Source: Patescibacteria group bacterium
Lineage (GTDB): Bacteria > Patescibacteriota > Microgenomatia > UBA8517
Assembly: GCA_041742135.1 (NCBI GenBank)
Contig: JBGSJG010000008.1
Span: 32,518-96,517 of the forward strand
Length of the DNA: 64,000 nt
Direction: 5' to 3'
A program made the position numbers and the translations under genes. Under the pieces are notes generated by a model. The model did not search any database. It saw only the letters and a program-made list of their open reading frames with translations, and was not told the DNA's origin. This document shows positions 45,004-55,701 of the stretch, one piece after another; within the stretch, counting starts at the first letter, position 1; every line of letters starts with the position of its first letter.

Positions 45004-47204
45004 AATTATCTGTAATCATCGTCAATTACAACACGAAAGAAATTACGTTGGATTGTCTGCGTTCACTTGAGAAAAATCCATTTCGATCGCAATTTGAGGT
45101 AATTTTAGTCGACAATGCTTCGAGCGATGGATCAGAGGCGTCTCTTTCTAAATTCAGATCATCCAAGTTTTCCTACACTTTTGTGAGAAACGATCGCAAT
45201 CTTGGCTTTGCCAAAGCGAATAACATAGGGCTGAAAAAAGCGAAAGGCGAATACTGTTTGCTTCTTAATTCAGACACTTTGGTTTTGGAAGATTCACTAA
45301 ACGATCTTTACGATTTCGCAATAAAGCATCCGGATGCTGGGGTAATAGCTCCGAAGCTGTTAAATGGCGATAAAACGGTCCAAGCTTCTGTTTACAAGTT
45401 GCCAACAATCGCGAGGACTATTAAAGAATACTGGCTTGGCCAAAAAGGCTTAAATGACAAATATGTTCCACCCCAAAGCTCGCCAGTCTCGGTGGAGGCT
45501 GTGGTGGCGGCTGCGTTTTTAATTACACCTAAAGCGAAGAAAAAGGTTGGCTTGTTAGACGAGAAATATTTTATGTATTTTGAAGATCTTGATTATTGCA
45601 GAAGCGTTACCAAACAAGGCTTAAAAGTTTACTACTTGCCGAAAACAAAAATAGTCCATCTTCATGGCAAAAGCGGAGAAAACGCTGCTGCTCACGCCGA
45701 CCAGTGGAAAAGGCTTATTCCGTCAAGTAAGATTTACCACGGATTAATAACCCACTATATTCGTTGGTTTATTATGCGAACTAGCCAAGCTAGGCGTGAG
45801 CCGATTATTTTGGCAATAGTCCTTTTGGCACTTTTCTTCAGGCTTTATTACCTAAACGATAATTTGTTTTTTGGTTTTGAACAAGGAAGGGATTTTTTGA
45901 AATTTACAGAGATAGCTTCGGGAGATCCTACCTTGATTGGCCCAAAAACCGATATTGATGGAATATTTCATGGAGCTCTTTCGTATTATTTACCTTTACC
46001 TGCGTTCGTCCTTTTTTTAGGGAGCCCTTATCTGGTGCTAGCTTCGTTAATAGTGATTCACGCAATCTCCGTGTACTTTTTGCACAAGTTTGCTTTAAGT
46101 ATTGGGGACAAAAAATTTGCCACCTTTACAGCTTTAATTTATGCATGTTCGTATCCTTCAATTGTGTACGCGCGCTGGCTATCTAATCCAAACTTAGCCC
46201 CTGCCTTTGCGATTTTTGTATTTTATTTTTTGAGTCGTGCGAAACAGAACAAAATTAACCTTGTAATTGCAGCGATGTTTTGGGCCTTCATTTTTCATAT
46301 TCAAGTTATCGCAGCAATGATACTGATACTTCCGGTTTTGTTCTTCGTAATTTCAAAGAGAGTTTTGCAACTTAAGTACGCCATACTTTCTGCTCTTACG
46401 GTACTTGTCGTCTTGTCTACTTATGTTGCCTTTAATTTTATCAACGACAATATTTTGTATAACGGACTCATTAATTATTTTGCTGAGCTTGGAGGTCCGC
46501 GCATTTTCTCTCTTTCTGAGTTCTACAATCAAATTACTGATGAATTCATGCCTTCTTGGCGCTCAGGGGCTTTTATCTTATTGTCATTGTCAGTTTTTGC
46601 GGCACTGATTGATTGGCGAAGTTACAGATCTCGGCTGGTTCTTCTTCTGTATTTTTCGGCGCCGATTGTTTTTATGATTTTAGGAGTTACCCCACTCAGG
46701 CACTTGTTTATTCTATCGCCAGTTTTCGCATCGCTTTTGTTGGCCAATCTTGTAAGTTCTTCTATGCCGCGACTGCTCAAGACTGCTGGGCTTCTTTTGA
46801 TAATACTTGTCATCGTCGCTAGTATTGTTACGATTTTAGAGCGTTTACCAGAGAGTCAGCGAAATTATATTTATCCTGCACAGGCCACGTATCTTTCCGA
46901 CATGACTGAACTTATAGATTATGCCTATCAGGATTCAAACGGCACAGCTTTCAGTTATGATTATTATTCAATTCCCTATTGGCACAATGATTCTTGGCGA
47001 TATCTCTTTGGGTGGTATGGATTGAGAAAATACGGATCACTCCCGGCGGAAAATCGAACAGCTATTTTTTATGTCTTTATTGAGCCAGATGAAATTCAGC
47101 CTAAGTACCAGGAAGATTGGTACAAAAAAATGAATAGTGAAAGCCGCGTGCTAGAGTCTCGTAAATCAGGTAAACTAATACTAGAAAAGAGGCAAGTGTT
47201 GTGA
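45000..47204 (+). CDS. Fusion: GT2 glycosyltransferase (N-terminal) + PMT/ArnT-like GT-C membrane domain ('GDEGRD'-type, C-terminal)
   Basis: N-terminal LSVIIVNYNTKEI...ILVDNASSDGS...LLLNSDTLV (nt ~45000-45750). C-terminal FRLYYLNDNLFFGFEQGRDFLKFTEIASGDPTLIGPKTDIDGIFHGALSYY plus about 12 TM helices (nt ~45780-47204). Confidence 0.65.
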   Translation: MKLSVIIVNYNTKEITLDCLRSLEKNPFRSQFEVILVDNASSDGSEASLSKFRSSKFSYTFVRNDRNLGFAKANNIGLKKAKGEYCLLLNSDTLVLEDSLNDLYDFAIKHPDAGVIAPKLLNGDKTVQASVYKLPTIARTIKEYWLGQKGLNDKYVPPQSSPVSVEAVVAAAFLITPKAKKKVGLLDEKYFMYFEDLDYCRSVTKQGLKVYYLPKTKIVHLHGKSGENAAAHADQWKRLIPSSKIYHGLITHYIRWFIMRTSQARREPIILAIVLLALFFRLYYLNDNLFFGFEQGRDFLKFTEIASGDPTLIGPKTDIDGIFHGALSYYLPLPAFVLFLGSPYLVLASLIVIHAISVYFLHKFALSIGDKKFATFTALIYACSYPSIVYARWLSNPNLAPAFAIFVFYFLSRAKQNKINLVIAAMFWAFIFHIQVIAAMILILPVLFFVISKRVLQLKYAILSALTVLVVLSTYVAFNFINDNILYNGLINYFAELGGPRIFSLSEFYNQITDEFMPSWRSGAFILLSLSVFAALIDWRSYRSRLVLLLYFSAPIVFMILGVTPLRHLFILSPVFASLLLANLVSSSMPRLLKTAGLLLIILVIVASIVTILERLPESQRNYIYPAQATYLSDMTELIDYAYQDSNGTAFSYDYYSIPYWHNDSWRYLFGWYGLRKYGSLPAENRTAIFYVFIEPDEIQPKYQEDWYKKMNSESRVLESRKSGKLILEKRQVL

Positions 47205-48874
47205 AAAAGTACAGTCTACTGATTATTATTCTTCTTTTGACGTCGTTTCTCCGGTTATATAAGCTAGACCACGTCCCTGTGAGTCTGTTTGGGGACGAAA
47301 TGGATTTGGGCTATCAAGCTTATTCTATTTTAAAAACTGGTAATGATTATTACGGAAACTTCATGCCATTTCACTTTCATTCCTTGGCAGAGTGGAGAAC
47401 GCCTCTTTATTTGTATTCAGCAGTCCCAACTGTCGCTTTGTTTGGCATTTCACCTCTGGGAGTCAGACTCCCTGCAGCAATTTTTGGAATTTTGGGCGTA
47501 GTCGCCTTTTACTTCTTGGTTAAAATTATTCGCGAATCGTTCATGAAATCGGGAAGCACCCGCATTGAGGCAGTCGGAGCTTTTCTCCTGGCCATTTCAC
47601 CTTGGCATATCCAATACAGCCGTGCAGGTTTTGAAGTAACAGAAATGCTTTTTTTCCTGATAACAGGTATTTATTTCTTCCTTCGCGGGCTCAAGGATGG
47701 AAAATACTTATGGCTTTCGGCAGTCTGCCTTACTTTGACTCCTTGGATTTATAGCACTGCAAAAATGTTCGTTCCTTTTTTAATAATTTTTCTTGTAGTA
47801 ACTTTTCGAAAGGAGCTTGTGAAGACCTCAAAAAAGCACCTTCTGTCCGCAATCGTTGCTCTTCTTGTTGTTGGTTTGCCGATTGCAGCAAGTACACTGT
47901 TTGGCGGTGGCAGCCAACGTTTTGGTTACATATCGGTATTTACAGATCCTACAATAGAACACGAGATCGGAGTAGCGCGAGATATCGACGCCTGGGGAAA
48001 CTCAATTGCTTCCCGCGCATTTCACAATAAATTTGTTGTCTGGGCAGAGGCGATAGGCAACAATATGCTCCAGAGTTATTCTACTGATTATCTTTTTATT
48101 AGAGGTGATATTAATCTTCGCCACTCCATTGAAGATATGGGAATGCTCTATAAAGTCGAGATAGTCGCGCTTTTGTTGGGCATTGTTTATTTCTTTAGAG
48201 CCAAAGCAGACAGAAGAATTAAGTACCTTCTAGCCTTTTGGTTATTGGCAGGCGTGGTGCCATCAGCAATAACTCGTGAAGGAGGAAGCCATGGGACTAG
48301 GCTAATTTTAATCTTGCCACCTCTTATACTGCTTGTGGCTTCTGGTGTAAGCTGGCTTTCGAAAAACAAGATCTACCTTTTTCTTTACACTTTTGTTTTG
48401 TGCGGACTGTTTGTAATTTATCAGCATAACTTCTGGGTTCATAATCCAAAGTATTCAGAGCGTTGGTGGCATTATGGATGGCAAGAAGCGGTGGATAGCA
48501 TCAAAGCTGTAGAAGGAAGCTATGACAAAGTTGTGATCTCTACGGCGGATGAGCCACCTTGGGTGTTTTTTGCTGGGGCTTATGAATACGACCCCAAATC
48601 TTGGCAGGAAAATTTTCCATTAGATAACAAAGCCGATCTTGAGGGCTTCGGTTCGGTTTCTTATATCGATAAGTACTATTTCGGAAGTCCCAAGGCCGGT
48701 CTTTACGATTGGGGGAAAATTATCGATTCAAAAACGCTTTATTTGGCATCAACCCGAGAGGTGGGAGTGAATTTGATTCGCGAGCCCGAGCGAACCCCCG
48801 GGGATTTGAAATTAATTGATTCCATCGCTTTCCCGTCAGGCGAGCCTGCATTTTACTTGTTTACCCACAGATGA
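47201..48874 (+). CDS. PMT/ArnT-family GT-C glycosyltransferase (COG1807-like), tandem paralog 1
   Basis: LRLYKLDHVPVSLFGDEMDLGYQAYSILKTGNDYYGNFMPFHF...LFGISPLGVRLPAAIFGILGVVAFYFL. About 11 TM helices and a ~200-aa soluble C-terminal domain. Confidence 0.65.
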   Translation: MKKYSLLIIILLLTSFLRLYKLDHVPVSLFGDEMDLGYQAYSILKTGNDYYGNFMPFHFHSLAEWRTPLYLYSAVPTVALFGISPLGVRLPAAIFGILGVVAFYFLVKIIRESFMKSGSTRIEAVGAFLLAISPWHIQYSRAGFEVTEMLFFLITGIYFFLRGLKDGKYLWLSAVCLTLTPWIYSTAKMFVPFLIIFLVVTFRKELVKTSKKHLLSAIVALLVVGLPIAASTLFGGGSQRFGYISVFTDPTIEHEIGVARDIDAWGNSIASRAFHNKFVVWAEAIGNNMLQSYSTDYLFIRGDINLRHSIEDMGMLYKVEIVALLLGIVYFFRAKADRRIKYLLAFWLLAGVVPSAITREGGSHGTRLILILPPLILLVASGVSWLSKNKIYLFLYTFVLCGLFVIYQHNFWVHNPKYSERWWHYGWQEAVDSIKAVEGSYDKVVISTADEPPWVFFAGAYEYDPKSWQENFPLDNKADLEGFGSVSYIDKYYFGSPKAGLYDWGKIIDSKTLYLASTREVGVNLIREPERTPGDLKLIDSIAFPSGEPAFYLFTHR

Positions 48875-50148
48875 ACCGCAAACTGGTTTTGGTTTTTTTG
48901 ACAGCGCTACTGTTGCGTCTTGTTTTGTCCCCTCTTTTTTGGCATCCAGATGTCACAAACCATCTCGATTGGGGGATAAGATTTTTTGAGTACGGTATCG
49001 ATAAAATATACGCTCCCGAGTCAAACGTCTGGTCGTTTACTTGGCCAAATCAGCCTCCCGGAACAATGCTTATTTTTGCCTTTATTCGAAAGTTCTACGA
49101 GTTGGTATTTGGTTTTTTGTGGAACATAAACGTTTCAATTCCAAGTTTCCCCTCTGTGATTATCACACTTGCCCAGAGCTATTTGTATCAAGTATTCGTT
49201 AAGCTGCCGGCAATTCTTTCCGATCTCGGGATCGCCTACTTAATATATTTGTTTGTAGAGAAATTTAATAAAAAATCAGCAATTTGGGCAGCTGCAGCAT
49301 TTCTGTTTAATCCGGTAATTTGGTACAACTCCTCAGTCTGGGGACAAACGGATGCGGTTGTAAATTTCTTGTTTTTGTTGGGCTTTTGGTTACTGCTCAA
49401 AAAACGCCTTTTTTACTCAATGATTTTTGTTTGCTTGTGTTTATTTGTCAAAATTTCACTCGCAATATTTTTGCCAATATTTATCATCTTTCTCATTCGG
49501 CAAAAATTCTCTTGGAGTAAAATACTTTTTTCAGGCCTACTATCTTTTGTAATTATCATGCTAATCACGTTGCCGTTTTCGGGGGGCAACAATCCTACCC
49601 CGTGGCTTTATGAGATTTATAAAACCAAAGTCATGACCAATCAACTGCAAGTCATTACTGCCAATGCGTTTAACATTTGGATTAGCTTGACCGGAATTGC
49701 CGAAAAGCCACATACCCTATTTTTAGGACCGCTTACCTATCAATCTTGGGGAGTTTTGCTTTTTGGAGCCTCGATAATTCCCGTCTTCGTCATGCTCTGG
49801 AAAAAGCCCACTGAACTAGCTGCGATTTGGGGCTTCTTTATTATCGCTTTTTCTTCGTGGTTGCTTCTTACTAACATGCACGAGCGATATCTATATCCAG
49901 CTTTCCCATTTTTGACAATTTTGGCTTTCAAATACAAAAAGATGCTTCCGGTTCTATTCGGACTTTCGGCGCTAAACTTGTTAAACCTATACAATCTCTG
50001 GTGGACGCCGCTCATCCCTTTCGTCAAAAATATAATGTCCTATTCTGACTTTTTGCTGGCTCGCGTCTTTGGTATCGTTAATACGGTTTTTTACATGATC
50101 AGCTATAAGCAGTATTTGATAGATAGTCGCGATATAATTAAAAAATGA
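48871..50148 (+). CDS. Multi-pass membrane protein, GT-C-like (DUF2029/GT87-like?)
   Basis: About 11 TM helices. LFWHPDVTNHLDWGIRFFEYG loop. Inserted between PMT-like paralogs. Confidence 0.3.
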   Translation: MNRKLVLVFLTALLLRLVLSPLFWHPDVTNHLDWGIRFFEYGIDKIYAPESNVWSFTWPNQPPGTMLIFAFIRKFYELVFGFLWNINVSIPSFPSVIITLAQSYLYQVFVKLPAILSDLGIAYLIYLFVEKFNKKSAIWAAAAFLFNPVIWYNSSVWGQTDAVVNFLFLLGFWLLLKKRLFYSMIFVCLCLFVKISLAIFLPIFIIFLIRQKFSWSKILFSGLLSFVIIMLITLPFSGGNNPTPWLYEIYKTKVMTNQLQVITANAFNIWISLTGIAEKPHTLFLGPLTYQSWGVLLFGASIIPVFVMLWKKPTELAAIWGFFIIAFSSWLLLTNMHERYLYPAFPFLTILAFKYKKMLPVLFGLSALNLLNLYNLWWTPLIPFVKNIMSYSDFLLARVFGIVNTVFYMISYKQYLIDSRDIIKK

Positions 50149-51830
50149 GGTACAAATACATTTTTTTGGGGCTTATAGTTGGACTTGCTTTTGTACTGCG
50201 TTTTGTAGGTATTTCAAGCTATCCAGCTGGTTTTTCAGCTGACGAGGTAAACCAAGGCTACACCGCATATTCGATACTTAAAACCGGGCGAGACGAGTGG
50301 GGAGAGCTTTTTCCCGTTGCTCCGCGAGCCTACGGTGACTATCGAGCCCCGCTTTACACATATTTAACTGTGCCTTCAGTATTCTTGTTTGGACTAAACG
50401 AATTTGCGGTACGGTTCCCAAACGTCCTTGTTGGCACTATTGCTATCTTGGTTTTGTACCTTCTTTCTAAGGAATTATTTAAAAACTTCAAGAACTCTGA
50501 AGCAATTTCATTGTTAGCGGCCAGTATTCTTGCAATTAGTCCATGGCACGTGGGCATGTCGCGTGGCAGCTTTGAAACAAACTTGCCGTCACTACTGATT
50601 CCCTTGGCTTCACTTTTTTTCCTAAAAGGACTTGATAAGAAAAAGTACATGTTGGCTTCAATGATTTGTTTTGGGTTCAGTTTGTTCTCTTACTACTCAG
50701 CTCGGCTCCTTTTGCCATTCGTTTTATTGGCGTTTTATTTGCTCTTTGTGAGGCCAAAGTTTGGTGTTTTGCAGGCTGTTAAAAAATTCAAGCTTTCATT
50801 AATAGTTTTTGCCATCTTTGCTTTTCTAGCATCGTATACGATGTTCTTCGGAGCTCAAACAAGAATTGCTGACGTCGCGCTTTTTAATTCAGAGGCTATA
50901 TTCCGAACTGCGGCAGACCAAAAATACCAAGCAGTACTTTTGGGCTTGCCAGACACAATAGCCCGTCTGTTTTCGAACAAGGTTTTTGCGGTTGGTGAAC
51001 AAATAATTAAAAATTATTTAGGATATTTTTCGATTGAATTTTTGTTTACCCAAGGCGCTGGAGAAGCGACTTACGGACTCATGCCCGGCCGAGGACTGCT
51101 TCATCTAATTGAACTGCCATTTTTGTTGTTTTCGATTTATTCGATTTTACAAAACAAACTATATCGTGATCGAAGAATCTTGTTTATTTTAGTTGTTATT
51201 GCCATGGCACCGATCCCCGCATCTTTAACTGCGAGCGTTGGGTTTGCTGCAAATCGCTCAGCGCTTATGATTCCTTGGATTCACATTCTCGCGGCCTATG
51301 GTGCAATCGCACTCGCAAGCAAAATTAAAATCAAGAAAATTTGGATCGCCTTCGCAACATTTTATGTTTTTGCAACGGTTTTATTCTTGGAAGACTATTT
51401 TTTCCATGCCCCTATGCAAAATTCCCGTCAAATGAGCTATGGCTGGAAGCAGATGGCTTCGTATTTGGATGAAGTTTCAGATTCCTATCCCCAGGTAATT
51501 ATAAGCAGAAACTTGTCTGAGCCTCAGATGTTTTTAGCGTTCTATCTTAAAATTGACCCGCGCGTTGTTCAGAAAGAATCGCAGGACTGGTTAAGGTATC
51601 AAGCTAACGGGCTAAAATTTGTTGATCAATTGGGAGAATACAAAATCGCAAACTTCACAATCAGAAATCTAGATAGGAATTCAGATTTAAGATTGGATAG
51701 CGCACTGCTGGTTGGTAAGCCCGAGGATTTTCCTCACGATATCGTCCCAAGTTACTCTGTTAATTACCCGGATGGCCAACAAGCAATTATCGCGGTTTCA
51801 ACACGTGCGGAATATGCAAAAGGGAATTAA
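50145..51830 (+). CDS. PMT/ArnT-family GT-C glycosyltransferase, tandem paralog 2
   Basis: FSADEVNQGYTAYSILKTGRDEWGELFPVAPRAYGDYRAPLYTYL...LFGLNEFAVRFPNVLVGTIAILVLYLLSKE. Confidence 0.65.
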   Translation: MRYKYIFLGLIVGLAFVLRFVGISSYPAGFSADEVNQGYTAYSILKTGRDEWGELFPVAPRAYGDYRAPLYTYLTVPSVFLFGLNEFAVRFPNVLVGTIAILVLYLLSKELFKNFKNSEAISLLAASILAISPWHVGMSRGSFETNLPSLLIPLASLFFLKGLDKKKYMLASMICFGFSLFSYYSARLLLPFVLLAFYLLFVRPKFGVLQAVKKFKLSLIVFAIFAFLASYTMFFGAQTRIADVALFNSEAIFRTAADQKYQAVLLGLPDTIARLFSNKVFAVGEQIIKNYLGYFSIEFLFTQGAGEATYGLMPGRGLLHLIELPFLLFSIYSILQNKLYRDRRILFILVVIAMAPIPASLTASVGFAANRSALMIPWIHILAAYGAIALASKIKIKKIWIAFATFYVFATVLFLEDYFFHAPMQNSRQMSYGWKQMASYLDEVSDSYPQVIISRNLSEPQMFLAFYLKIDPRVVQKESQDWLRYQANGLKFVDQLGEYKIANFTIRNLDRNSDLRLDSALLVGKPEDFPHDIVPSYSVNYPDGQQAIIAVSTRAEYAKGN

Positions 51831-52449
51831 CTATAGATTGTTGTTTTTGATTCTTGTATGCTGCCCGTTCATCCTCTCTATCACCTTTCACTTTCCCGAT
51901 TTTGTAGATGCGTGGGTTGCTTATCCAAAGTTAGCTCAAGACAAAGTTCAATACCTTCTCTCCGATGGCTTGTTGGCAAATGCGCTTGAGATGAGGCAGA
52001 CAAACATGTATGGCTCAGGAGTGATTTTTTACCTTTCAAAATTACTGTATGGAAAGCCCATTTTGTACATTTCCGAGTTTATTTCGTGGCTTTCATATTT
52101 TTCGCCAAGGTTTTATTTTCAAGCGGGAGATGCGAGCCTTTTTTCAACCAGATTTGTAGAGCCGATTGTTTTTTTACTTTCGCCGATTTGGGTTTTTGGT
52201 TTTTTTACGAGCATTAAGCTTAGGAAGTTTAAAGTAATTGTTTTGTATGTGGCATTTACCCTCTTGGCCTACATGTCAGGCAAGCGCGAGTTTGCATATT
52301 TATTGCCAGCAATCATGTTCATGATTTATTTTATATATTTAGGCTCAACTCGTCTTTTGCCCACCAGATGGTTTAGAAGGTATCTTGCTGTGTCAGTGGT
52401 CTATGGGGTGTACATTCTGCTTCGACTAGCTTACGCAATTAACATATGA
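51814..52449 (+). CDS. Small polytopic membrane protein (hypothetical)
   Basis: About 5 hydrophobic segments. Start taken at ATG 51814 (17-nt overlap with upstream). Confidence 0.3.
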   Translation: MQKGINYRLLFLILVCCPFILSITFHFPDFVDAWVAYPKLAQDKVQYLLSDGLLANALEMRQTNMYGSGVIFYLSKLLYGKPILYISEFISWLSYFSPRFYFQAGDASLFSTRFVEPIVFLLSPIWVFGFFTSIKLRKFKVIVLYVAFTLLAYMSGKREFAYLLPAIMFMIYFIYLGSTRLLPTRWFRRYLAVSVVYGVYILLRLAYAINI

Positions 52450-54065
52450 AGAAAATACTAATCGGCATATTTCTTTTGGCATTTTTTATTAGGATCGCCT
52501 ATGTTGGTTCATACCCTCTTAGCTTATCAATGGACGAGTTATCGATTGGATACAACGCATATTCAATATCTGAAATTGGAATGGATGAGTGGGGGGTTCG
52601 TTACCCGCTCGTATTTAGATCTCTTAGCGACTACAAACCACCAGTAAGTGTTTATTTAGTGGCCATTTCGGTTCGACTTTTTGGATTAAATGAATTTTCG
52701 GTCAGGTTCCCAAATGTTCTCATAGGATCGCTAAGCGTCTTAGTGTTTTTTGGCTTACTGAGAGAACTTAAATTTAATAAAACGATATCGCTGGTTGGAG
52801 CAGCTTGGTTGGCCATAAACCCTTGGCATGTTTTTTATTCTAGAGCTGGTTTTGAGACATTGATTGCTTTATTTTTTGTAATAGCTGGTATTTGGTTCTT
52901 TCTTCGTGGAGTCAGTCGTAAATCAAGTTTAATTTTAAGTTTGAGTGCTATTGCCTTTTCTCTGTCAGTGTGGACGTACCACGCCGAACGGATATATGTG
53001 CCTATTCTTGTCTTTATCTTGGTTGTTTTAAAAAGAAAAGAGCTTTTGGTAATGCTAAAAGCGCAAAAGATCAAGCTTATTTTTCCCTTTTTGACCACTA
53101 TCCTTTTTGCAGCACCGTTTATTTATATGTGTGTATTTGCTGGTGATACTACTGCACGAGCATTTTCAACTTCTCTGCTTCGAGATTTTCATTTAACTGG
53201 CAGTCTTCACGCACACGGATACAGTGACGTTTTAGATATGATTTTTAATAACGACATCTTTTTAATCTTTAGACACTTTTTAGGAAAATACCTAAACTAT
53301 ATCGACGTAGAGTTTTTGTTCAAAAATGGACTTCACCTGACTCTTCCAGAGTATCCCGGAATGGGGTTGCTTTACCTAGTGGACTTGCCGGTTGTGCTTG
53401 TCGGAGTCTGCTCGGTTGTTACACACAAAAGCACTTTTCTTAAAAAAATTACACTTGCTCTTTTTTTTCTTGGGCCATTGGCGGCCGCTTCGACGCTAGA
53501 TGAGCAGCACACCCTTAGAGCTTTAACTTGGCTGCCGTTTTGGGGCATTATTTTTGTTTCAGGAGTGGATTATGTTGTTAAGCAAAGAATACGCTTGATT
53601 AAGCCTGTTGTAGCATTTTACTCACTAGCTCTTTTGCTTAATTTTACTTATTTTGCAGACATGTACGTGCGACAGTTTCCTTATTTTTACAGCGAACTCT
53701 GGCTTTACGGCTACAAAGAAGCGTCTATTTTGGCTTGTGCCGAAAAAGACAATTACGATTATATAGTTTTAACGGATACTTTCGGGCAAGATGGCCCACT
53801 TTACACAGGAGTGCCGTATGAATATGTGCTTTTTTATTGCAACATCCACCCTTCAGAGTTTTTGGCAAATGGAAGGAAAATCCCCAAAATACTAATGAGG
53901 CGTCCAGACTGGCCAAGCGACGTCAAAAAAGATATGCTTGTTATCGCAGCGCCTTACGATTTTCCGCTTGATCAGATCGATCAAAAGCAAATTGTCAAAA
54001 CGATCTCGTATTATAACGGGAAAAAGGCCTTTATAGCAGTTACAACTAGACTAAATGAAGAATAA
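52446..54065 (+). CDS. PMT/ArnT-family GT-C glycosyltransferase, tandem paralog 3
   Basis: SMDELSIGYNAYSISEIGMDEWGVRYPLVFRSLSDYKPPVSVYL...LFGLNEFSVRFPNVLIGSLSVLVFFGLLRE. Confidence 0.65.
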   Translation: MKKILIGIFLLAFFIRIAYVGSYPLSLSMDELSIGYNAYSISEIGMDEWGVRYPLVFRSLSDYKPPVSVYLVAISVRLFGLNEFSVRFPNVLIGSLSVLVFFGLLRELKFNKTISLVGAAWLAINPWHVFYSRAGFETLIALFFVIAGIWFFLRGVSRKSSLILSLSAIAFSLSVWTYHAERIYVPILVFILVVLKRKELLVMLKAQKIKLIFPFLTTILFAAPFIYMCVFAGDTTARAFSTSLLRDFHLTGSLHAHGYSDVLDMIFNNDIFLIFRHFLGKYLNYIDVEFLFKNGLHLTLPEYPGMGLLYLVDLPVVLVGVCSVVTHKSTFLKKITLALFFLGPLAAASTLDEQHTLRALTWLPFWGIIFVSGVDYVVKQRIRLIKPVVAFYSLALLLNFTYFADMYVRQFPYFYSELWLYGYKEASILACAEKDNYDYIVLTDTFGQDGPLYTGVPYEYVLFYCNIHPSEFLANGRKIPKILMRRPDWPSDVKKDMLVIAAPYDFPLDQIDQKQIVKTISYYNGKKAFIAVTTRLNEE

Positions 54066-55701
54066 ACTATTACTTGCAATTTTTGTTTTTGCCTTGATTA
54101 TCAGGGTTTGGAACATTAATGCCCTTCCACCGTCGCTCAATTGGGACGAAGTAAGCCATGGATATAATGCCTATTCAATAATCCAAACTGGTAAGGATGA
54201 ATGGGGGGAGGTCTTGCCATTAATATTTCGGGCATATGGCGATTACAAATTGCCAGTCTACATTTACTTGACTGCGCTTTTTGAGTATCTACTAGGTGTA
54301 AGCGTACTTTCAGTTAGGCTGACTTCCATTTTGGCTGGTAGCTTTTCTGTAGTGCTAGTTTATTTTTTGTCGTTAGAAATATTCAAAAAGAGAAGCACTG
54401 CCACAATTTCAGCCTTACTTATGGCGATAGTCCCGTGGAGTTTGTTTCTCTCCCGTATCGCTTTGGAAGCCAACTTGGCTTTGGCGTTGGTGATTGCAGG
54501 TTTTTTGTTTTTCATAAAAGGAGTCCGTGGGTCGAAATGGCTATTGGTTGTAAGTATGTTGTTTTTTGGGTTATCGATGTGGACATATAATTCATGTCGA
54601 GTCTTTGTTCCCATAATCATGGTCTTAATGGGAATTTTATACAGAGCAGAACTTAGCCAAAAACTTAAAGCTAACAAGCGTGTTTTTATTGCTATCGCTG
54701 TAGTTCTTACAGTAATTTTTACTCCGGTAGCGTATCAGATGGTAAATTCGGTAGGGCTTGCGCGCTACGAAAATATACAAATTCTTGATTCAGGAGCAAT
54801 AGCGCGCATCGAGAATTCTAGGGCTTCATCAGGCTTGCCTAGCATCCCTGCGCGGCTGGTTTATAACAAGGCAACATATATGGCAATAAATATTTTTGGA
54901 AATTATACAAAACATTTTGGACTGAATTTTCTATTTTTTACAGGAGGAGATAACTACCAATTTAGTGTTCCCGGGCAAGGACTTTTATATATCGTAAATA
55001 TTCCATTTTTATTCATAGGGCTTTGGGCCACGAGGAAAGTAAAATCTAAAGAAAAAATACTGCTTTTGTTATGGCTATTTGCGGCACCAATTGCAGCTAG
55101 CATCACACGGGAGTCACCTCATGTGTTGCGTAGTATCTTGATGCTGCCACCATTAGTTATTCTGATAGGCTTGGGTGTTTCCTTTTTTGATCGTTACAGA
55201 TTTTCAACTAAAAGAATTTTATTGTTTGTCTACGTGACAGCACTTTTGATAAGTTTTGCGGATTATGCCCACAATGCACTGAATATCTACAGACAAAGAT
55301 ATTCACAATCTTGGCAATATGGGTACGAGCAGCTAGTAGATAAAATTCGCGATAGGTATGACAGTTATGAGAAAATTGTTATTACTAAGAAGTATGGTGA
55401 GCCACATGAGTTCTTGTTTTACCACTGGCCTTGGTCGCCCGCAATGTTGCAGGCTGATACAAGTAAAATTCAATTTAAGCAATCAAACTGGTATTGGACT
55501 GACAAGTTTGACAAGTTTTATTTTGTTAATGACTGGGATATTCCAAAAACGGGGGTTAAGTTTGTACTTGAAAGTGGGCAAGAAATTGAATGTGCCAGCT
55601 GCATGCTAATTACCGCTGGAGGAGCACCTGAGAATTGGAGACAGTTGGACACGATTTATTTTCTAGATGGCTCTGTTGCTTTTGAAATATATGAACATTA
55701 A
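54055..55701 (+). CDS. PMT/ArnT-family GT-C glycosyltransferase, tandem paralog 4
   Basis: NWDEVSHGYNAYSIIQTGKDEWGEVLPLIFRAYGDYKLPVYIYL...SVRLTSILAGSFSVVLVYFLSLE. Confidence 0.65.
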   Translation: MKNKLLLAIFVFALIIRVWNINALPPSLNWDEVSHGYNAYSIIQTGKDEWGEVLPLIFRAYGDYKLPVYIYLTALFEYLLGVSVLSVRLTSILAGSFSVVLVYFLSLEIFKKRSTATISALLMAIVPWSLFLSRIALEANLALALVIAGFLFFIKGVRGSKWLLVVSMLFFGLSMWTYNSCRVFVPIIMVLMGILYRAELSQKLKANKRVFIAIAVVLTVIFTPVAYQMVNSVGLARYENIQILDSGAIARIENSRASSGLPSIPARLVYNKATYMAINIFGNYTKHFGLNFLFFTGGDNYQFSVPGQGLLYIVNIPFLFIGLWATRKVKSKEKILLLLWLFAAPIAASITRESPHVLRSILMLPPLVILIGLGVSFFDRYRFSTKRILLFVYVTALLISFADYAHNALNIYRQRYSQSWQYGYEQLVDKIRDRYDSYEKIVITKKYGEPHEFLFYHWPWSPAMLQADTSKIQFKQSNWYWTDKFDKFYFVNDWDIPKTGVKFVLESGQEIECASCMLITAGGAPENWRQLDTIYFLDGSVAFEIYEH

